Part shown: positions 17,843 to 25,910 of the stretch, in pieces | Layout: the number at the start of each line of letters is the position of its first letter | Numbering within the stretch: position 1 is the first letter of the stretch | Assembly (NCBI GenBank): GCA_029858245.1 | Contig: JAOUFL010000001.1 | Coordinates: forward strand, 1-34,357 | Direction of reading: 5' to 3' | Length of the DNA stretch: 34,357 nucleotides | Source of the DNA: Candidatus Zixiibacteriota bacterium | Lineage (GTDB): Bacteria > Zixibacteria > MSB-5A5 > RBG-16-43-9 | The notes under the pieces: model-generated | The model's input: the letters and a program-made list of their open reading frames with translations, nothing else | Database searches by the model: none | Told to the model about the DNA's origin: nothing | Program-made: the position numbers and the translations under genes

Positions 17843-17889
17843 AAAAAAGTATACCCACGTTGAGGACAACGTGGGTATACTAATTTTTT
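17843..17889. terminator. Bidirectional intrinsic terminator (serves skp on the - strand)
   Basis: GTATACCCACGTT(17849-17861)/AACGTGGGTATAC(17868-17880) forms a perfect 13-bp stem, flanked by A6 (17843-17848) and T6 (17884-17889). Confidence 0.8.
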
Positions 17890-17908
17890 CACATAAGAAA
17901 ATTTACTT

Positions 17909-18436
17909 CTACTTGTTCAGTTGTGCCAGTATCTCATTGGTTATATCCATCTCCTCCTTAGCGTAGAGCACATCTCCACCGGAGGTATCCAGGATCAAGG
18001 AGTAGCCATCTCTTATTGCTACCAGTTGAATAACTGCATTGATTTTATCAATCAGAGGTTTGGAAAGTTCCCGTTCCCTTCTGGCTGCCTCCCCTTCAGG
18101 TCCCAGGATATTGGTAGCGAACTCCTGATACTCCTTTTGCTTGAGGATAATAAGTTGCTGTTTTTCCTGTCTTTTAGCCTCAGTAAGAAGTGAGGATTGT
18201 CTATCTAAATCCTCCTGTAAAACTTTTATCTGATTTAAGAGTGTATCTGCATGACTCTGCCATTTAGTCAACTGCCGGTTGAACTTCTCCTGAGCATCCT
18301 TGAAATCTTTGAACTCGTTTTTAAGCCTTTCCACATCCACATATCCAATCTTAAGCTGCTGGGCTGGAATCGCTCTGGCTGAAAACACCATCCCTAATAG
18401 CAGAAACCCCAGAACACATGCTACCTTTCTTGACAT
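17909..18436 (-). CDS. skp: OmpH/Skp family periplasmic chaperone
   Basis: AAGGAGG RBS and a signal peptide (VLGFLLLGMVFSARA). It begins KIGYVD and has a long Gln/Glu/Lys-rich coiled-coil core. A size of 175 aa is typical of the family. Confidence 0.8.
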   Translation of the reverse strand: MSRKVACVLGFLLLGMVFSARAIPAQQLKIGYVDVERLKNEFKDFKDAQEKFNRQLTKWQSHADTLLNQIKVLQEDLDRQSSLLTEAKRQEKQQLIILKQKEYQEFATNILGPEGEAARRERELSKPLIDKINAVIQLVAIRDGYSLILDTSGGDVLYAKEEMDITNEILAQLNK

Positions 18437-18478
18437 CTTAATCCTCCTTTATAGCTAATATATATAATCAAATTCAAT

Positions 18479-19132
18479 TCACAAGAAAAGTTTTTTTAAT
18501 GTTTTTTTACCTTCCTTACCCACCAGGGTTATTATGGTATCTTTCTCCCTGAGAATGGTATCTCCCTTAGGGATTATTACCTTACTTTCCCTTAAGGCTG
18601 CTATAATTATACAATCCTGAGGCAGACTTAGTTTGGAGATTTTCTTGTTCACCAGGGGAGAATCTGAAGATAGCTGGGTTTGGAAGATCTCCACTTCCCC
18701 TCCCCGCAGGGCTAAAAGCGGTATGAACATTCCTGCATCGATTTTCTCCTCGATCAGAGAACCGATGATTCGGGTGGCTGAAACTGTTGCATCCACCCCC
18801 AGACTCTGAAAGATCTCTTCATTCTTAGGGTCATTTACACGGGCAATGGTTTTGGGAATAAGATAAAGAATTTTTGCCATCTGACAGATGATCAGATTAT
18901 CCTGATCTGTCCCGGTCACTGCTACCAGGACATCAGCCCGGTTGACACCCATATCCATCAAAGTATCAAGCTCAGTCCCGTCTCCCAGGATAACCTGTTC
19001 CCCCCATTCCTCAGACAGCTTATTATATCTCTGCTGGTCTTTTTCAACTATCAGGACTTCATGTTTCTCCGACATAAGCAGCCGCGCCAGACTATAACCC
19101 ACCTGGCCACCACCTACAATGATTACATACAT
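18479..19132 (-). CDS. RCK protein, TrkA-N + TrkA-C domains (KtrA/TrkA-like K+ transport regulatory subunit)
   Basis: The N-terminal Rossmann motif MYVIIVGGGQVG (GxGxxG), the E at the end of the second strand, and a C-terminal TrkA-C-like segment (SPLVNKKISKLSLPQDCIIIAALR). SD AAGGAGAAGG upstream. Confidence 0.85.
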   Translation of the reverse strand: MYVIIVGGGQVGYSLARLLMSEKHEVLIVEKDQQRYNKLSEEWGEQVILGDGTELDTLMDMGVNRADVLVAVTGTDQDNLIICQMAKILYLIPKTIARVNDPKNEEIFQSLGVDATVSATRIIGSLIEEKIDAGMFIPLLALRGGEVEIFQTQLSSDSPLVNKKISKLSLPQDCIIIAALRESKVIIPKGDTILREKDTIITLVGKEGKKTLKKLFL

Positions 19133-19149
19133 TTTCCTTCTCCTTAAGA

Positions 19150-19554
19150 TTATGCTTTATCTGATAAAAACTCCTCAATTTTTTTAGCGGAATCTATGGT
19201 TGGGCAGATAATATTCAAACCCAGTTCCTTAAATGTCTGAGCCCTTTTGGAACCATAAACTCTCAATAATATCCTGGAGATTTTATATTTTTCCCTTACC
19301 AGTTGTACAGCCATGAGATTGGTATTATCGTCATTGGTTACAGCTATGAAAGCGTCTGCTTGTTCGATTCCAGCTTTTATTAAGGCCTCCTCATCTATCC
19401 CTATGCCGGAGATGGTTTTTCCGGTAAATTCTTTATCCAGTCTTTTAAAAGAACCTGGGTCCTGATCTATGACCGAAACCTCATCCCCTTTTGAAACAAG
19501 TTGAGAGGCAACTAGTGCGCCTACTCTACTGCATCCTAAAATAACTACCTTCAT
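19150..19554 (-). CDS. RCK N-domain-only protein (TrkA-N, NAD-binding)
   Basis: MKVVILGCSRVG Rossmann start and no TrkA-C domain. I prefer the ATG at 19554 (GAGGAGAGGAAGT immediately upstream) over the TTG at 19569. Confidence 0.8.
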   Translation of the reverse strand: MKVVILGCSRVGALVASQLVSKGDEVSVIDQDPGSFKRLDKEFTGKTISGIGIDEEALIKAGIEQADAFIAVTNDDNTNLMAVQLVREKYKISRILLRVYGSKRAQTFKELGLNIICPTIDSAKKIEEFLSDKA

Positions 19555-19575
19555 ACTTCCTCTCCTCAAAAAAGA

Positions 19576-20142
19576 TTAACCTTCCTCAGGCAGTTTGTCA
19601 ATAATAACCTCACAGGGTGCTTTTCTCAGTAAGGTATCAGTTGTTCTTCCCCACAGAGATTGAACACCACGTAGGCTGGTTCGCATTCCCAGAACAATAA
19701 CATCCGCCTGGTTATCCTTAGCTGCTCGTATTATCCCCTCACCTGCTTCTCTGGCTTTCTCGATTAGAAGAACTGGAGGCAGATGGTGAAGTTCTACGAT
19801 TTCTTTCCCCCGATTTAAAGCCTGATTCGCTTTTTCCTCTGCTTCAGGCATAGGAGCATCCAGGGGCATAGTACGGGGTATCTCTATCACATATGTTAAT
19901 ACAATCTCGGCTTGATGTTCGGCACCTAACCGGCATGCTAATTCTATCCCCCTTTCAGAATAGGGCTTTCCTGAGGTTGGTACCAAAATCCTTTTCAATG
20001 TCTCAACCGACCTGCGAGCCCTTGCTACTTCTGGCTTTATCTGAGGCGGAGGATGGAGCATCCACCATAAAATTCCACCCATGCTAATGGTGAAAATTAT
20101 AGCGATTATCACTCCTAATAACGATACCTGAACCTGGGTCAT
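19576..20142 (-). CDS. Membrane-anchored universal stress protein (UspA family)
   Basis: An N-terminal TM helix (LLGVIIAIIFTISMGGILWWML) followed by a Usp fold (RILVPTSG...; C-terminal ADVIVLGMRT..G....GRTTDTLLRKAPCEVIII). The start overlaps the upstream stop as ATGA. Confidence 0.75.
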   Translation of the reverse strand: MTQVQVSLLGVIIAIIFTISMGGILWWMLHPPPQIKPEVARARRSVETLKRILVPTSGKPYSERGIELACRLGAEHQAEIVLTYVIEIPRTMPLDAPMPEAEEKANQALNRGKEIVELHHLPPVLLIEKAREAGEGIIRAAKDNQADVIVLGMRTSLRGVQSLWGRTTDTLLRKAPCEVIIDKLPEEG

Positions 20143-20360
20143 TTTCTTCTTTTCCTTAGATATTTATATACAAATCTCAAGCGGTAGATTCCAATAAATA
20201 AAAAACCTCCTCCAATTAAAAGAGTGAGGATATAAAATCCAGTGAAAAAAGAACGAATAAGGATCACCCCTCCCAAGATGGTCATTAAAACGCTGGTTAT
20301 TATCTGATAATAATCCAGGCGGGTCAGGTGATCTGGCATGTCAACCATATGCTTTCTCAT
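20139..20360 (-). CDS. Small two-TM membrane protein, translationally coupled on both sides
   Basis: 73 aa with two hydrophobic helices and a basic tail (YLRKRRK). ATGA overlaps at 20357-20360 and 20139-20142. Confidence 0.6.
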   Translation of the reverse strand: MRKHMVDMPDHLTRLDYYQIITSVLMTILGGVILIRSFFTGFYILTLLIGGGFLFIGIYRLRFVYKYLRKRRK

Positions 20361-21934
20361 TTCAAATCCACCCTCTTCTTATCCCTTTCTGCTAAGGCAT
20401 TTTTATACTGCTCTAATAAATCGAATTCCTCAGCTGAGGATAACACCTCCATCTGCTGTTTTTCCCAATTATGTTCGATGCTTTTGAAAATGGGAAACTT
20501 TTGTGATTTTCGATACCAAACGTAATAACAGAAGCATAAGATAACCCAGGCCGGTCCGGCAATTCGTCCAATGCTGTGGGTCAAAACCACCATGAACAGT
20601 ATGGTGCCCACTCCCAGGGTTCCGATTACCCCTAAAACCGGGAATAGAACTTTTCTCCCTTTGTATTTCAGTTTGATATTCAAAGGCATCTTATAGGGTC
20701 TTGGAGTCCAGGGCTCGGAAAACCTTAGCCTGATCAGGGCTATGAATACCAGGGTATAACCTAAAGTAGCCCCAAAGGCATACATATTAGCCAGGGTATC
20801 CATAGCAGATGGAGTGAGGAAGGATAAGACTGTCTCAATTAACCCGATTCCGGAAAAGACCAGGATGGTACGAATGGGGGTCTTGTATTTAGGATGAACA
20901 GCATCAAACCACGAACTGATGATTCCGAACTTGCTGAGATAATAGGTTAACCTGGAGGAGCCTACTATGCCTGTGTTGGAGGAGATAAAAAGTATCAGTG
21001 CTCCTAAAGCCGCAGCAAATGGTCCGGCGATCAAGCCAACGAATGGAATGGCTTCAGCCAAAACTGCAATCGGATTGTCGATATTTTCGGCGAACACCTG
21101 CCAGGGTAAAATCCCCAGGCCTAAGGTGGAGAACGCCACAGCAAAGATGAACACCGTGAAGATCAAGGTAATGGAGGTACGGGGTATGACCGTAGCCGGT
21201 CGTCTGGTCTCCTGTGCCACCTCGGAGATCGATTCCAAACCCACAAAGGATATTATGGCAATGGAGGAGCCATACATAAAATTATGCAAAGAGGGAAACT
21301 GGGTGCTCCATTGATAAGCCAAAAGCTCAGGGTTCCAGGCAAATAGGAAAGCCAGGATGACAAGGGCTGATTCGGTAGCAATCACCACCGCTCCTATGAC
21401 CTCATTTACAAATGAAGATTCCCTTATTCCCCTGATATTAAGCCAGATCAAAAACCCTATTAGGATAAGTGTCTCCGCACACCAGACCGGATTGATGTTG
21501 TGAAAAGGACCAATAGTTGTGACGAATGAACTGATCTCCCGACCTATAACAAAAGGCATAAAGAAATTAAGATACCCGGCAGAAGCAGTAGCGAAAAGTG
21601 CGATGTCTATGGTGTAGTCTAAGATCAAAGCAGATCCAGCCACAAATCCCCAGAAATCGCCTAAGCCGCGCAGGGTAAAGTAGGACCCCCCGCCTGCCAC
21701 CGGATAAGAGGAGGCAAGTTCAGTATAGGCTAATCCGATCATTATATAGACGATACCAGCTAAGGCGAAAACCAGACTGGTTGCACCCTGGGCATAAGCC
21801 ATCACCAAGCCTAAAGCAACGTATGTATCCGCACCCACATCCGCAAATCCCCACATATAGGAGCCCCAGACCGAGACATCCCTCCTCAGCTCTGATTTTC
21901 CCTGGCCTATAGACTCTTTAATCTTCTCTCTCAT
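20357..21934 (-). CDS. APC-superfamily permease, paralog A (KimA-like candidate K+ or amino-acid transporter)
   Basis: 525 aa with about 12 TM helices and AA_permease_2-like blocks (YPVAGGGSYF, LILDYTIDIALF). A 52-aa run is identical to paralog B (WGSYMWGF...AYTELAS). Conserved cytosolic tail EEFDLLEQYKNALAERDKK. No SD before the ATG. Confidence 0.85.
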   Translation of the reverse strand: MREKIKESIGQGKSELRRDVSVWGSYMWGFADVGADTYVALGLVMAYAQGATSLVFALAGIVYIMIGLAYTELASSYPVAGGGSYFTLRGLGDFWGFVAGSALILDYTIDIALFATASAGYLNFFMPFVIGREISSFVTTIGPFHNINPVWCAETLILIGFLIWLNIRGIRESSFVNEVIGAVVIATESALVILAFLFAWNPELLAYQWSTQFPSLHNFMYGSSIAIISFVGLESISEVAQETRRPATVIPRTSITLIFTVFIFAVAFSTLGLGILPWQVFAENIDNPIAVLAEAIPFVGLIAGPFAAALGALILFISSNTGIVGSSRLTYYLSKFGIISSWFDAVHPKYKTPIRTILVFSGIGLIETVLSFLTPSAMDTLANMYAFGATLGYTLVFIALIRLRFSEPWTPRPYKMPLNIKLKYKGRKVLFPVLGVIGTLGVGTILFMVVLTHSIGRIAGPAWVILCFCYYVWYRKSQKFPIFKSIEHNWEKQQMEVLSSAEEFDLLEQYKNALAERDKKRVDLK

Positions 21935-21963
21935 GTCGGATTATTGTGAATCAGAACCTAAAC

Positions 21964-22023
21964 AAAAAATCGCCTTAAAAACGACTCCTCCAGCTCCCCA
22001 ACATCGGCAGGGGGTTAGGCGAC
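21964..22023 (-). promoter_or_regulatory. Internally deleted remnant of the c-di-AMP riboswitch; folds as a hairpin plus U6
   Basis: The minus strand reads GUCGCCUAACCCCCUGCCGAUGUUGGGGAGCUGGAGGAGUCGUUUUUAAGGCGAUUUUUU. The first ~45 nt align with the intact copy at 23952-23908, and the core blocks are missing. Confidence 0.6.
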
Positions 22024-22036
22024 TTATTAAAAATTG

Positions 22037-22064
22037 AATATATCGAGTGGGAGAAGATTGTCAA
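22037..22064 (-). promoter_or_regulatory. Putative promoter of paralog A (duplicate of the paralog B promoter)
   Basis: Minus strand: TTGACA (22064-22059), 16 nt, TATATT (22042-22037). Same boxes and spacing as 23992-23965. Confidence 0.55.
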
Positions 22065-22092
22065 TACAAAAAAATACTTACTGATTAATCTG

Positions 22093-22125
22093 AAAAAAAA
22101 GACTTGTTGAATTCACTGGTGAATT
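22093..22125 (-). terminator. Weak terminator-like signal after paralog B
   Basis: An AT-rich 6-bp stem (22110-22115/22120-22125), with the U8 tract (plus-strand A8 at 22093-22100) 9 nt away. Poor geometry. Confidence 0.2.
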
Positions 22126-22140
22126 GGATTAAAGCTTTCC

Positions 22141-23715
22141 TCACTTTCTCCTTTTCTTATCTCTTTCAGTTAGAGCATTTTTATACTGTTCTAATAAATC
22201 ATATTCCTCAGCCGAAGTTAAAACCTCAATCTGCTCTTTCTCCCAGTCATGTTTTATACTCTTAAAAACAGGTAAACCCTCTTTTTTTCTATACCAAGCA
22301 TAATATATAAAACAGAGCAGAATCCAGGCAGGTCCGGCTATCCGCCCTATGGTATGAGTGAGAACTACCATAAAAAGAATAGTGGAAACTCCAAGCATAC
22401 CGATTACCCCCAGCACCGGGAAGTCGACTTTTCTTCCCTTATACCCTATTTTTAAATTTAAAGGCATCTTATAGGGTCTGGGGGTGTAAGGGTCTGAAAA
22501 TCTAAGCTTTATCAAAGCAACAAAGACCAGAGTATATCCTAAGGTAGCGCCAAAGGCATACATATTCCCCAGGGTGCCCATGGCTGAAGGAGTAAGAAAA
22601 GATAGAACAGTTTCGATTATCCCTATGAAAGAGAAAATAACAATTGTCCGCATAGGGGTTCTGAATTTCGAATGAATCATATTAAACCATTTGCTTATTA
22701 TGCCAAATCCGCTCAAGGAGTAGGTAAGTCTTGAAGCACCCATCACGCCGGTATTAGCGGAGATGAAAAGTATTAGTGCACCTAAAGCAGCGGCAAAAGG
22801 ACCTGCCATAAATCCAATTATAGGAATAGCCTTAGCTAATATAGCTATGGGATTATCCATATGTTCGGCAAACTCCTGCCAGGGTAAAACACCTAAGCCC
22901 AGGGTGGAGAAGGCAACTGCAAAGATAAAAACTGTAAAGATCAAGGTCAAAGAGGTACGAGGTATAATAGTTGCTGGTCTTCTGGTCTCCTGAGCCGCCT
23001 GGGAGATTGATTCCAATCCAACAAAGGAGATAATAGCCAGGGAGGAACCATACATAAAATTATGAAAGGAGGGGAACTGAGTTTTCCATTGATGGGCTAA
23101 GAGCTCCGGCCTCCAGGCAAAGAGAAATCCCATTATAACCAAGGCAGATTCTGTGATTATCACTATCGCCCCGATCACTTCATTCAGAAAAGAAGATTCT
23201 TTTATGCCCCGAACGTTAATTAATATCAAAAGCGAAATTAAAACCAAGGTCTCTATACACCAGAAGTAGTTGACATTATGCAGTGGCCCGACGGATATAA
23301 CAAAACTATCTATGCTTATTCCTAAGATGTAAGGCATAAAGAAGTTCAGATAGCCGGCTGAGGCAGTTGCAAAAAGGGCAATGTCTATGGTGTAATCTAA
23401 AAGTAATGCAGAACCACCCATAAACCCCCAGAAATCACCTAAGCCACGTAGGGTAAAGTATGGTCCTCCTCCAGCCACAGGATAGGCTGAGGCAAGCTCG
23501 GTATAAGCTAATCCGATCATTATATAGACGATACCGGCGAGGGCAAAGACCAGACTGGTTGCACCCTGTGCATAAGCCATTACCAGACCTAGGGCGACAT
23601 AGGTATCCGCACCCACATCCGCAAACCCCCACATATACGAGCCCCAGATTGTAACATCCCTTCTGAGTTCGTTTTTACCGTCCACTGGTGCAATGTTCTG
23701 GTTATTCTTCTCCAT
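22141..23715 (-). CDS. APC-superfamily permease, paralog B (KimA-like candidate), riboswitch-controlled
   Basis: Same architecture as paralog A. I prefer the ATG at 23715 (GGAGG at 23727-23723, 7 nt upstream) over the track start at 23745, whose first codons contain that SD. Confidence 0.85.
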   Translation of the reverse strand: MEKNNQNIAPVDGKNELRRDVTIWGSYMWGFADVGADTYVALGLVMAYAQGATSLVFALAGIVYIMIGLAYTELASAYPVAGGGPYFTLRGLGDFWGFMGGSALLLDYTIDIALFATASAGYLNFFMPYILGISIDSFVISVGPLHNVNYFWCIETLVLISLLILINVRGIKESSFLNEVIGAIVIITESALVIMGFLFAWRPELLAHQWKTQFPSFHNFMYGSSLAIISFVGLESISQAAQETRRPATIIPRTSLTLIFTVFIFAVAFSTLGLGVLPWQEFAEHMDNPIAILAKAIPIIGFMAGPFAAALGALILFISANTGVMGASRLTYSLSGFGIISKWFNMIHSKFRTPMRTIVIFSFIGIIETVLSFLTPSAMGTLGNMYAFGATLGYTLVFVALIKLRFSDPYTPRPYKMPLNLKIGYKGRKVDFPVLGVIGMLGVSTILFMVVLTHTIGRIAGPAWILLCFIYYAWYRKKEGLPVFKSIKHDWEKEQIEVLTSAEEYDLLEQYKNALTERDKKRRK

Positions 23716-23775
23716 AGGCAGACCTCCTTCCTGCTTTTTTGACATTAAAGATTTTGGAAAGGGGGGTACTAAAAT

Positions 23776-23805
23776 AAAAAAAGACCAGAGGAAACCTCTT
23801 GGTCT
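23776..23805 (-). terminator. Intrinsic terminator forming the riboswitch expression platform
   Basis: Minus strand: AGACCAAGAGG-UUU-CCUCUGGUCU (10 bp, one bulged A) followed by U7. Confidence 0.8.
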
Positions 23806-23829
23806 AAAAGATTTTTTAGTTCCTCTCTC

Positions 23830-23952
23830 CTTACGCCTACGAAGTTAGCTGACGGGCTCGGGTCAAGAGATAACCCTATTCGCCTCTGGCGAAATTCGCC
23901 CCAATTACTTGGGTCCTCCGTCTCCCCGCCTTCGGCGGGGGGTTAGGCGATT
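23830..23952 (-). promoter_or_regulatory. ydaO-yuaA (kimA/ktrA leader) class c-di-AMP riboswitch aptamer
   Basis: The minus strand contains AAUCGCCUAA, CCCCGCC-GAA-GGCGGGG, GGAGGACCCA, UGGGGCGAAU and GACCCGAGCCCGUCAGCUAACUUCGUAGGCGU. P1 is CGCCUA (23949-23944) / UAGGCG (23839-23834). Confidence 0.8.
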
Positions 23953-23964
23953 TATTAAAAATTT

Positions 23965-23992
23965 AATATAAATATTAAAAAAGAATTGTCAA
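23965..23992 (-). promoter_or_regulatory. Putative promoter of the riboswitch-led transcript
   Basis: Minus strand: TTGACA (23992-23987), 16 nt, TATATT (23970-23965). Confidence 0.55.
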
Positions 23993-24147
23993 TAGAAATC
24001 TTAAATAATTTGAAGGTGTAAGTCTTTATATGTGAAGGAATTCTGGAGTTGCCTGATTTGTAAAGCAGCATATCACTGGGTTGAGGGAAACAAGAGATAC
24101 TAAACTTAGCGGCAGACATCCGTATTTGTTCAAATAGACTATTTCTA

Positions 24148-24176
24148 TTGACTTCTCTTTGCTTGAGCTTTAATTT
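24148..24176 (+). promoter_or_regulatory. Possible hutU promoter
   Basis: TTGACT (24148-24153), 17 nt, TAATTT (24171-24176). Confidence 0.3.
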
Positions 24177-24234
24177 AATTTTTTGAGATACACCAAAGAG
24201 ACTTCGTTTTGGTTTTTCAAGATTGGAGGTTTAT

Positions 24235-25893
24235 ATGGAATATGCCCCGATAAAAGCTCCCAGAGGAATAGATTTATCCTGCAAGGGCTGGCATCAGGAA
24301 GCAGCATTGAGGATGTTACAGAATAACTTAGATGAAGAAGTAGCTGAAAAACCTCAGGAGCTGATAATTTATGGAGGAAGCGGCAAAGCCGCTCGAAACT
24401 GGGAATGTTATTATGCTATTGTGGAGGCTTTAAAGAATTTAGAAAATGACCAGACTCTTCTGGTTCAATCCGGCAAACCAGTGGGTATTTTCAAAACCTA
24501 CTCCTATGCCCCTCGTGTATTAATCTCCAATTCAATGATGGTTCCTGCCTGGGCAAACTGGGAGAAATTCAGGGAACTGGAAAGATTAGGCTTGATTATG
24601 TTCGGGCAGATGACTGCAGGGTCCTGGATTTATATAGGGACACAGGGAATTCTGCAGGGGACTTATGAGACCTTTGCCTCTGCTGCGAAAAAGCATTTCA
24701 ACGGAGATCTGAAGGGAAAATTCATCCTGACCGGTGGTATGGGAGGAATGGGTGGAGCTCAGCCCCTGGCTGTGACTATGAACGGTGGAGTAGTTTTGTG
24801 TGTGGAGGTGGATAAAAAAAGGATAGAGAGGAGACTCTCTAAGGGATATTGCAATAAAATGGTGGAAAGCCTGGACGAGGCGCTGGATATGGTTCTGAAA
24901 GCCAAGAACAAAGGCAAAGCCATCTCAGTGGGTTTAGTGGCAAACTGTGCGGATACCCATCCGGAGATATTAAAAAGAGGGATAATCCCGGATATAGTCA
25001 CTGACCAGACCAGTGCGCATGACGAGCTGAACGGGTATGTTCCAGCAGGTATCCCCTATGAGGAAGCTTTGAGATTGAGAAATGAAAACCCGGATGACTA
25101 TATCCAGAGGTCGATGGAGTCAATTGCCAGACATGTTGAGGCGATGTTAGGCTTTTTGAAAGCCGGTTCTGTGGTATTCGATTACGGCAATAACATAAGG
25201 GGTCAGGCAAAAAAGGCAGGATTGGAGAATGCCTTTGATTTTCCTGGCTTTGTCCCGGCTTATATCAGACCCTTGTTCTGCCAGGGCAAAGGTCCTTTCA
25301 GATGGGCAGCCCTGTCTGGTGACCCGGAGGATATAAGGATAACGGATAAAGTAGTCTTAAGGGAGTTCAAGCAGGATGAGCCTCTGTGCAGGTGGATAAA
25401 GTTAGCCTCTAAAAAAGTCCAGTTCCAGGGACTTCCTGCAAGAATCTGCTGGCTTGGTTATGGAGAAAGAGCGCATTTCGGGGATATAATAAACTCAATG
25501 GTTAGAAGAGGTAGGATAAAAGCGCCGGTGGTAATCGGCAGAGACCATTTAGACTGCGGTTCAGTTGCCTCCCCTTACAGGGAAACCGAGGGAATGAAAG
25601 ATGGCTCAGACGTGATAGCAGACTGGCCCATCCTGAACGGGCTTTTGAATGCAGTCTCCGGTGCCTCCTGGGTCTCAGTGCATCACGGAGGCGGAGTAGG
25701 GATTGGAAATTCCATCCACGCGGGAATGGTCATCGTAGCAGATGGAACAAAGGATATGAAGCTGAGGCTGGAAAGGGTCTTGACCAACGACCCGGGCACG
25801 GGTGTTGCGCGACACGCAGATGCCGGATATGAGGAGGCAATTAAAGTGGCAAAGGAAAAGGGAGTAAAGATACCGATGTTGAGAGAAAAGTAA
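24235..25893 (+). CDS. hutU: Urocanate hydratase
   Basis: Length of about 552 aa. Hallmark [16 protein letters not shown]-binding block, [16 protein letters not shown] and [13 protein letters not shown] prefer the ATG at 24235 (GGAGG at 24225-24229) over the TTG at 24223. Confidence 0.95.
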   Translation: MEYAPIKAPRGIDLSCKGWHQEAALRMLQNNLDEEVAEKPQELIIYGGSGKAARNWECYYAIVEALKNLENDQTLLVQSGKPVGIFKTYSYAPRVLISNSMMVPAWANWEKFRELERLGLIMFGQMTAGSWIYIGTQGILQGTYETFASAAKKHFNGDLKGKFILTGGMGGMGGAQPLAVTMNGGVVLCVEVDKKRIERRLSKGYCNKMVESLDEALDMVLKAKNKGKAISVGLVANCADTHPEILKRGIIPDIVTDQTSAHDELNGYVPAGIPYEEALRLRNENPDDYIQRSMESIARHVEAMLGFLKAGSVVFDYGNNIRGQAKKAGLENAFDFPGFVPAYIRPLFCQGKGPFRWAALSGDPEDIRITDKVVLREFKQDEPLCRWIKLASKKVQFQGLPARICWLGYGERAHFGDIINSMVRRGRIKAPVVIGRDHLDCGSVASPYRETEGMKDGSDVIADWPILNGLLNAVSGASWVSVHHGGGVGIGNSIHAGMVIVADGTKDMKLRLERVLTNDPGTGVARHADAGYEEAIKVAKEKGVKIPMLREK

Positions 25894-25910
25894 GAAGTGA
25901 GACGTAAGAC

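Noticed and set aside
20967-21314. Antisense ORFs inside long genes (e.g. 712..978, 1186..1485, 9726..10034, 10738..11145, 20967..21314, 22763..22993, 23435..23654, 24759..25210, 25841..26171)
   Set aside because: They lie fully within well-supported CDSs on the opposite strand, have no recognisable motifs or RBS, and the pair inside the two permease paralogs simply mirrors the duplication.
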